In this document: in pieces, positions 58,773 to 64,000 of the stretch
Layout of the letters: every line of letters begins with the position of its first letter
How positions within the stretch are numbered: position 1 is the first letter of the stretch
Assembly (NCBI GenBank): GCA_041737595.1
Contig: JBGSRK010000009.1
Location: 43,233-107,232 of the forward strand
DNA: 64,000 nucleotides
Direction: 5' to 3'
Source: Patescibacteria group bacterium
GTDB lineage: Bacteria > Patescibacteriota > CPR2 > UBA1875
Translations under genes and position numbers: made by a program
The notes under the pieces: generated by a model
Told to the model about the DNA's origin: nothing
Seen by the model: only the letters and a program-made list of their open reading frames with translations
The model's database searches: none

Positions 58773-58795
58773 AATCCCTCTCCCACCGCCAGAGA
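58773..58795 (+). repeat. Duplicate of the tRNA-Ser 3' end (CGAATCCCTCTCCCACCGCCA), 135 nt downstream of the intact tRNA
   Basis: 22-nt exact match. The intervening 135 nt are GC-rich with hairpins (GGGTTTG-N9-CAAACCC; CCCAGC-N9-GCTGGG). Confidence 0.45.
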
Positions 58796-58825
58796 TAAGA
58801 TTATAATTATTTTTATAAGGAAAAA

Positions 58826-59368
58826 ATGTCAGTAAAGATAACATATTTTGTACATGGCACCACAATTGATAATGAAAGCCATATATCCTCTGGTTGGAAA
58901 GATATTAATCTTTCTGAGCTCGGGGTTAACCAGTCAAAAGAACTTCCCTTTTTAAATACAGACCAGTTTGACGTTGTATTCTGTTCTGATCTAACTCGTG
59001 CAATTCACTCAGCAAAACTTTCATTTAAAAACAAGTTCCCAATAATTGTTGATAAGAGGCTACGTGAGTGTAATTATGGAGATTACGACGGAAAACCGTC
59101 AGAAATTGTAGAACCCTTGCAAGAAAAAATGGTACAAGAAAGATTTCCTAACGGTGAGTCTTATGAAGATGTTAAATTCAGGATAGAATCCTTTTTAAAA
59201 GATATTGAAAAAAATTATAATGGTAAACAAATTGCAATTGTTGCTCATAAAGCTCCACAAATCGTTTTAGATGTTCTATTAAAAAATATGACTTGGGATG
59301 AGGCATTTGCCAATGATTGGCGTAAAGTCGGGAAGTGGCAACCAGGTTGGGAATATTTACTAAAATAG
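58826..59368 (+). CDS. Histidine phosphatase superfamily (PGM-branch) protein with VHG in place of RHG
   Basis: YFVHGTTIDNE...CSDLTRAIHSA. Confidence 0.65.
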   Translation: MSVKITYFVHGTTIDNESHISSGWKDINLSELGVNQSKELPFLNTDQFDVVFCSDLTRAIHSAKLSFKNKFPIIVDKRLRECNYGDYDGKPSEIVEPLQEKMVQERFPNGESYEDVKFRIESFLKDIEKNYNGKQIAIVAHKAPQIVLDVLLKNMTWDEAFANDWRKVGKWQPGWEYLLK

Positions 59369-59408
59369 AAGTATATACACGATAAAGGCAATTAAATTGA
59401 TTTAAGCT

Positions 59409-59678
59409 ATGAATAATATTAAAATACTAATGGAGGAGTATATTTTAAAAATAAAACCATATCTATGGGCAACACTTTGGTCACTATTAGTCTCTTTCCT
59501 TTTAGGGACTGGTTGGTATATTTTATTTACATATAGTTCAGATATAACAGTTTATAATTTGTTAATTGATATTTTTTCAGGATTAAATTTTTGGCTTAAC
59601 GTCGGCATTTTTACTGTCTTATATTCGATATTCATTACTTATCCAGTAGTATTTTTTAGAAAAAAGAAAGTAAATTAA
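59409..59678 (+). CDS. Small 3-TM membrane protein, hypothetical
   Basis: Hydrophobic profile only. Confidence 0.35.
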   Translation: MNNIKILMEEYILKIKPYLWATLWSLLVSFLLGTGWYILFTYSSDITVYNLLIDIFSGLNFWLNVGIFTVLYSIFITYPVVFFRKKKVN

Positions 59679-60187
59679 TGGCAAAAATTTTAATAATTAT
59701 ACCTCATGATCGTTTTCGAGATGAAGAACTTGATGCATTAATTAAAGAAATAGATTCTTCTGAACATACATACGAGATTGGTTCTTCTCACCATACAGAA
59801 GCTAAGGGTCAATATGGGATGATTATAAAACCAGACGTTGATATTAAATATGTTGAACCAAACGACTATGACTGTTTAGTTTTACTTGGAGGAGCTGGTA
59901 CACAAGAGTTTATATTGGATTCATTAATTACTAATTTGATTGCTAAATTTTATTATGATAGAAAAATAATTGCAGGAATTGGTATGGCAGTAGGTTTACT
60001 CGCCTATGCAGGCATACTTACTCAGAAAAGAGTAACCTGTGATCCTTTAACTTCTTCAAAAGTAACTGATGCCGGAGCTTTTTTTACTGGAGCGGGAACC
60101 GAATGGGATGGTGATATTTTAACTGGAAGCGGGTACAGAGCCTCAGAAGAATTTGCAAAAGAACTTATAAAAGGTTTAAAATCATAA
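59678..60187 (+). CDS. DJ-1/PfpI-family protein lacking the nucleophilic Cys
   Basis: Class I GATase-like fold (LVLLGGAGT...), but IAGIGMAV replaces the AICHGP nucleophile elbow. Confidence 0.6.
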   Translation: MAKILIIIPHDRFRDEELDALIKEIDSSEHTYEIGSSHHTEAKGQYGMIIKPDVDIKYVEPNDYDCLVLLGGAGTQEFILDSLITNLIAKFYYDRKIIAGIGMAVGLLAYAGILTQKRVTCDPLTSSKVTDAGAFFTGAGTEWDGDILTGSGYRASEEFAKELIKGLKS

Positions 60188-60204
60188 AGCTAAGTTAGGA
60201 TATT

Positions 60205-61101
60205 ATGCCGGAATTGCCTGAAGTAGAAACCATAAAGAGGGATCTAGAAGATGTTTTGATTAATAAAAAAATCAAAGACGTAGTTTTTATGTGGCCTGGA
60301 ATTCTCAAAGGTGTTGAACCTGAAATATTCTTAAAATATGTTAAAAATATAGAAATATTATCAGTTCAGAGAAGAGCAAAAAATATCAGTATTAAGCTTT
60401 CAAATGACTGGAACCTTCTTTTTCATATGAAAATGACAGGACATTTAATTTATACTGATAAATCATGGAAAGTTGATAAAAATGGAAAATGGATAGCCCA
60501 CAATAAAAAAAATAGCCCACTTTTTGATCCACTGAATCAATTCATAAGAGTAATATTCTATTTATCTAATAATAAAATATTAGCTTTTTCAGATCTTCGT
60601 AAATTTGCATACGTAAAATTACTTAATTCGGAAGAATTAACAGATGCTTTTAAAAATTACGGTCCAGAACCATTTTCAAATAGTTTTAATCTTGAATATT
60701 TAACTAAGTTATTTTCGAAAAAAAATGTTTCAATAAAAAAAGTTATTTTGGATCAAAAAAATATCGCAGGTATTGGTAATATTTATGCTGACGAAATATT
60801 GTGGGAATCTAAAATACATCCGCTAAGGGCAGCATCGAGTTTAACAAAGAATGAAATTAAATTATTTTATAAATCTACAAAAAGCATATTGACCAGAGCA
60901 ATTGAAAAAAGAGGTACATCAACTTCTGATTTTAGAGATATATCTGGTAAAAAGGGCTCATTTAGTGAATCACTAAGGGTCTATCGACAAACAGATAAGC
61001 CCTGCGAAAGAGATGGTAATTTGATACAAAGAATTTCAGTAGGTGGAAGGGGTACTCACTTTTGTTCAAAATGTCAGAAATTAGAGGCTATAAATGATTA
61101 A
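60205..61101 (+). CDS. mutM: Formamidopyrimidine-DNA glycosylase (Fpg/Nei family)
   Basis: N-terminal MPELPEVE; H2TH domain; C-terminal zinc finger C..C...CSKCQ. Confidence 0.85.
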   Translation: MPELPEVETIKRDLEDVLINKKIKDVVFMWPGILKGVEPEIFLKYVKNIEILSVQRRAKNISIKLSNDWNLLFHMKMTGHLIYTDKSWKVDKNGKWIAHNKKNSPLFDPLNQFIRVIFYLSNNKILAFSDLRKFAYVKLLNSEELTDAFKNYGPEPFSNSFNLEYLTKLFSKKNVSIKKVILDQKNIAGIGNIYADEILWESKIHPLRAASSLTKNEIKLFYKSTKSILTRAIEKRGTSTSDFRDISGKKGSFSESLRVYRQTDKPCERDGNLIQRISVGGRGTHFCSKCQKLEAIND

Positions 61102-62011
61102 AATATTTTATGGTGATGATAGTTTTTCTATTTCAAAAGAGTTAGAAAGACTTTATCTCGCCAACCAAAAAGATAATGGTGAAATAATTAATATAGATAA
61201 AAGTATTGAGACAAGCATTTCATCTATGATTCTTTCTGTCTCTTTTTTTAATAATAAAAGATTATTTATTATTAAGGATTATTTATATGAAATACCCGAT
61301 AGTGATATTAAAAGTATTATTGATAACTTTTCTGAAATATCAAATATAACAGATATAATTTTTATTGAAAAAACAATTTCAAAAAAATCTAAACTTATTG
61401 ATTTTATAAAGAAAAACGGAGAGATTAAACCTTTTGAATTAAAAGGTTATTCAGATCCAAAAAGTTTTATTAAAAAAAGATTTCTAGACGAAGGGGTAGA
61501 TATTGCTCCTCTCGCAGTGGAAAGATTAGCAAGTTTTGTGGGTAATGATTTTTGGCAACTTTCAGAAGAAATAAATAAATTAATCCTATATAAAAAAGGT
61601 GAAGAGATTGACCCTTGTATCGATAGTACAGATGTAGATCTTTTAGTCAAATCTAATTTTGAAGCGAATATTTTTGAACTTTTGGATAATATTTCTGCTA
61701 AAAATATAAAAAAATCTACTGAGCTTATAAATAGTTTTTTAGAATCTGGAGAAAATGCTATTTATATCCTAACCATGATAGAAAAACAATTCAGAAATAT
61801 CGCTATGGCAAAATTTGAAAATGGGATCAGTGATTTTAATCTTGCAAAAAAAGCAGGAATTCACCCCTATGTTGCTAAAAAATCAATATCACAAGCAAGA
61901 TCATATTCAAAAGAGGATATATTAAATATTTATAAAAAATTAATTTGGGCTGATTTAAAACTAAAAAGTGGGTTTGAACCAAACCAAATTCTCTTAAGAA
62001 TTATTAATTAA
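61094..62011 (+). CDS. holA: DNA polymerase III delta subunit
   Basis: N-terminal IFYGDDSF and the delta-subunit fold length. It overlaps fpg by 8 nt. Confidence 0.65.
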   Translation: MIKIFYGDDSFSISKELERLYLANQKDNGEIINIDKSIETSISSMILSVSFFNNKRLFIIKDYLYEIPDSDIKSIIDNFSEISNITDIIFIEKTISKKSKLIDFIKKNGEIKPFELKGYSDPKSFIKKRFLDEGVDIAPLAVERLASFVGNDFWQLSEEINKLILYKKGEEIDPCIDSTDVDLLVKSNFEANIFELLDNISAKNIKKSTELINSFLESGENAIYILTMIEKQFRNIAMAKFENGISDFNLAKKAGIHPYVAKKSISQARSYSKEDILNIYKKLIWADLKLKSGFEPNQILLRIIN

Positions 62012-62044
62012 TGATATCTCTATAGGTATGTTAAAATATTTTAT

Positions 62045-63937
62045 ATGACAAAAATAATCGATTTTTTAGATAAAATAAAAAATAAAAAAAATTGGGTCCT
62101 TTTCATAAAAAGTAATTATCTGTATATATTTTTTGTTATTAGTTTCACTATAAAGCAAATATTTTTTACAAGAGAAATTAATGGATATTTTTTACCTTTT
62201 CCTGAAATATTATTAAATATATTATTTTATTTTGTTTTAGCAGCCTTACTTTTTATCCCGGTAATTTTTTCTAAACGCAAATTGATTGTTTCGATTATTT
62301 TAGCTATTTTGTTTACAACAATTATAATTTTTGATTTAACATACTTTCATTTTTTTCATTCTTTACCTTCTGTAGCTATCTTTAGTTTAATCGGGAATGT
62401 TGATGATGTTGGGCCAGCTGTTATAAATGTTTTTAACTTATACGATTTAATCTATCTAATAGATATATTTATCGCGATATTATTATTTAAAAAAATAAAA
62501 AGTGAATTTAAGGTCGAAAAAAGACATCTTTTATATGGTTCTGTTTTTTTTATGTTTATAATACTTTCGAATATTTTATTTTTTGGGCTAGACCACGCTT
62601 TTGTAGAAAGAACTATTACAAGAATTTATGATAATCGGCTAGTTGCAGAAAGATATGGGTTTTTTGGATCTCACATATTTGATATTTATCGTAATGTTTC
62701 ACAATCATTAAAAAAAATCTCACCCGAAGAAAAAACAGATGTTTTAGAATGGATAAATAATAATAGAAAAACAGAAGAAATTAACGATTTCACAGGAATT
62801 GCAAAAGGTAAGAATGTTATAGTAATCCAAGTAGAATCTTTGCAAAATTTTGTTATTGGAGAAAAGGCAGATGGGCAAGAAATAACTCCAAGTCTTAATA
62901 AACTACTTAAAGATAGTTATTATTTTGAAAATTATTTTTTCCAAATGGGAGCTGGGCATACATCTGATGTAGATTTTACTATAAATACTTCATATTACCC
63001 CTTAAAAGAGGCTGCGGTAACAGTAAGTTATGGAAAAGATAATTTTTCAGCTCTTCCAAAAGATTTAAAAGAAAATAATTATTCATCATATGCCTATCAT
63101 GGTTATAATCGTAATTTTTGGAACAGAGATACATTTTTCCGATCTATGGGCTATGATAAATATATTGCGCGTGAGGGCTATCCAGATGGACCAATAGTAA
63201 ATATGGGCTTAAATGATGAAACCTTTCTAAGAAAAACTGCCGAATATATAAAAGAACAGCCAAAACCTTCATTCAGCTATGTTATTACTCTTTCAAATCA
63301 TAATCCTTTCCACTTGGAAAATGTCGAAAAAAGTATAAATCTTGATTCTTCTAAATACCCAGAAATGGTATACGGTTATCTAGAAAATGTAAATTATTCA
63401 GATCGCACCCTTGGAATATTTTTTGAACTTCTAAAAAAAGAGGGTCTTTATGACGATTCATTAATTGTGCTCTATGGTGATCATATGTCAAAAATTGAAC
63501 CATTTGAAGTTGATAACTTAAAATATGATAGAGATTCGGCCCCAAAATATAAAGGAGTTCCATTATTTATTAAATTACCTATGCAAAATGAAGGAAAGAT
63601 TATTAAAAGTGTTTCAAGCCACATTGATATAAAGCCCACAATATTGAATTTACTTGGGATTAAAACTAAAAGCTTTATGTTTGGTTCTGATTTATTCTCA
63701 AACGTTAAAAAATTCTTCGGTTCTGTTTCATACTATGACGATAAGACAATTGTTACAGATGATAAAATTTATAGATATACTAACCCAGATTTATTAATAT
63801 GCAAAGAGTGGTCCAAAGGAGATATATCTCAAAAAGATGAGGATTGCCAAGATATAATAGAAAGAGATAAAATAGAACAAGAAATTTCAGAAAAAATTAT
63901 TAGATATAATCTTTTTGATGAGGTTAACACTAAATAA
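62045..63937 (+). CDS. LTA-synthase-family (sulfatase-domain) membrane protein (polyglycerolphosphate transferase-like)
   Basis: 5 N-terminal TM helices. The extracellular domain has NVIVIQVESLQNF and an alkaline-phosphatase-superfamily core. Confidence 0.8.
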   Translation: MTKIIDFLDKIKNKKNWVLFIKSNYLYIFFVISFTIKQIFFTREINGYFLPFPEILLNILFYFVLAALLFIPVIFSKRKLIVSIILAILFTTIIIFDLTYFHFFHSLPSVAIFSLIGNVDDVGPAVINVFNLYDLIYLIDIFIAILLFKKIKSEFKVEKRHLLYGSVFFMFIILSNILFFGLDHAFVERTITRIYDNRLVAERYGFFGSHIFDIYRNVSQSLKKISPEEKTDVLEWINNNRKTEEINDFTGIAKGKNVIVIQVESLQNFVIGEKADGQEITPSLNKLLKDSYYFENYFFQMGAGHTSDVDFTINTSYYPLKEAAVTVSYGKDNFSALPKDLKENNYSSYAYHGYNRNFWNRDTFFRSMGYDKYIAREGYPDGPIVNMGLNDETFLRKTAEYIKEQPKPSFSYVITLSNHNPFHLENVEKSINLDSSKYPEMVYGYLENVNYSDRTLGIFFELLKKEGLYDDSLIVLYGDHMSKIEPFEVDNLKYDRDSAPKYKGVPLFIKLPMQNEGKIIKSVSSHIDIKPTILNLLGIKTKSFMFGSDLFSNVKKFFGSVSYYDDKTIVTDDKIYRYTNPDLLICKEWSKGDISQKDEDCQDIIERDKIEQEISEKIIRYNLFDEVNTK

Positions 63938-64000
63938 ACTATTTGCACAATAACTTAATTAACTTTATTATATATATAGAAACATAATTGGTTAGGAGGG

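Noticed and set aside
58291-58865. ORF-track minus-strand ORFs (115, 79 and 74 aa) over the tRNA-Arg/tRNA-Ser locus, and similar small antisense ORFs inside high-GC genes (for example 8271..8627, 35887..36772)
   Set aside because: They overlap well-formed tRNAs, or are out-of-frame or antisense to strongly supported genes. They are Arg/Ser/Pro-rich artefacts of GC-rich sequence.
1-64000. Genome-wide UGA=Gly (translation table 25) suggested by the TGA at a conserved Gly in the ABC exporter
   Set aside because: All other long genes are uninterrupted under the standard code (aaRSs, FtsH, PurL at 978 aa, and others). Several genes terminate in TGA without any conserved extension. Only one in-frame TGA was found, so code 11 is assumed.
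1-64000. CRISPR arrays, rRNA operons, transposases or integrases
   Set aside because: No regularly spaced short repeats, no rRNA-like GC-rich kilobase blocks, and no DDE/tyrosine-recombinase motifs were seen in any long ORF.

Overview
This 64-kb window looks like a very AT-rich (~30% GC) compact bacterial contig, probably Patescibacteria/CPR-like, with standard code-11 usage. Genes are dense and co-directional: there is no recognisable outer-membrane machinery, there are many Gram-positive-type cell-wall genes (MurJ, FemAB, Mur ligase, LtaS, LD-carboxypeptidase), ComEC and FtsH, and there are two Gram-positive-type regulatory RNAs (SAM-I, T-box).

The main coding content is:
- a native low-GC purM-purQ-purSL operon;
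- three sharply delimited high-GC islands (~55% GC) carrying purC, a hisS cassette and purB-purE-purC, each with its own promoter or terminator signals;
- a second, low-GC HisRS gene at the end of an ABC-importer cluster that also holds two NPP-like phosphodiesterases and an unknown 446-aa gene with a PRTase-like motif;
- a MarR gene with a heterodimeric ABC exporter, plus a third exporter broken by one in-frame TGA at a conserved Gly;
- the aminoacyl-tRNA synthetases aspS, trpS, valS and two hisS, together with metK, tilS, ftsH, murJ, tsaD, fpg and holA.

Six tRNAs are present: Asp, fMet, Met/Ile2, Arg, Ser and one more CAT tRNA. They sit in two loci that share a conserved structured inter-tRNA element and duplicated tRNA 3' ends.

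Other notable signals:
- a SAM-I riboswitch with attenuator upstream of metK, and a T-box leader upstream of valS;
- an 18-nt palindromic core (embedded in 20-34-nt perfect palindromes) repeated three times around the valS 3' end;
- two homopolymer frameshifts, in ComEC and in an Asp/Glu racemase;
- a pyroglutamyl peptidase gene with a non-ATG start;
- a RhuM-Fic/Doc gene next to tRNA-Asp;
- a 19-nt direct repeat of the tRNA-Asp 3' end that delimits a 15.7-kb segment.

No CRISPR array, rRNA or obvious transposase or integrase was found.
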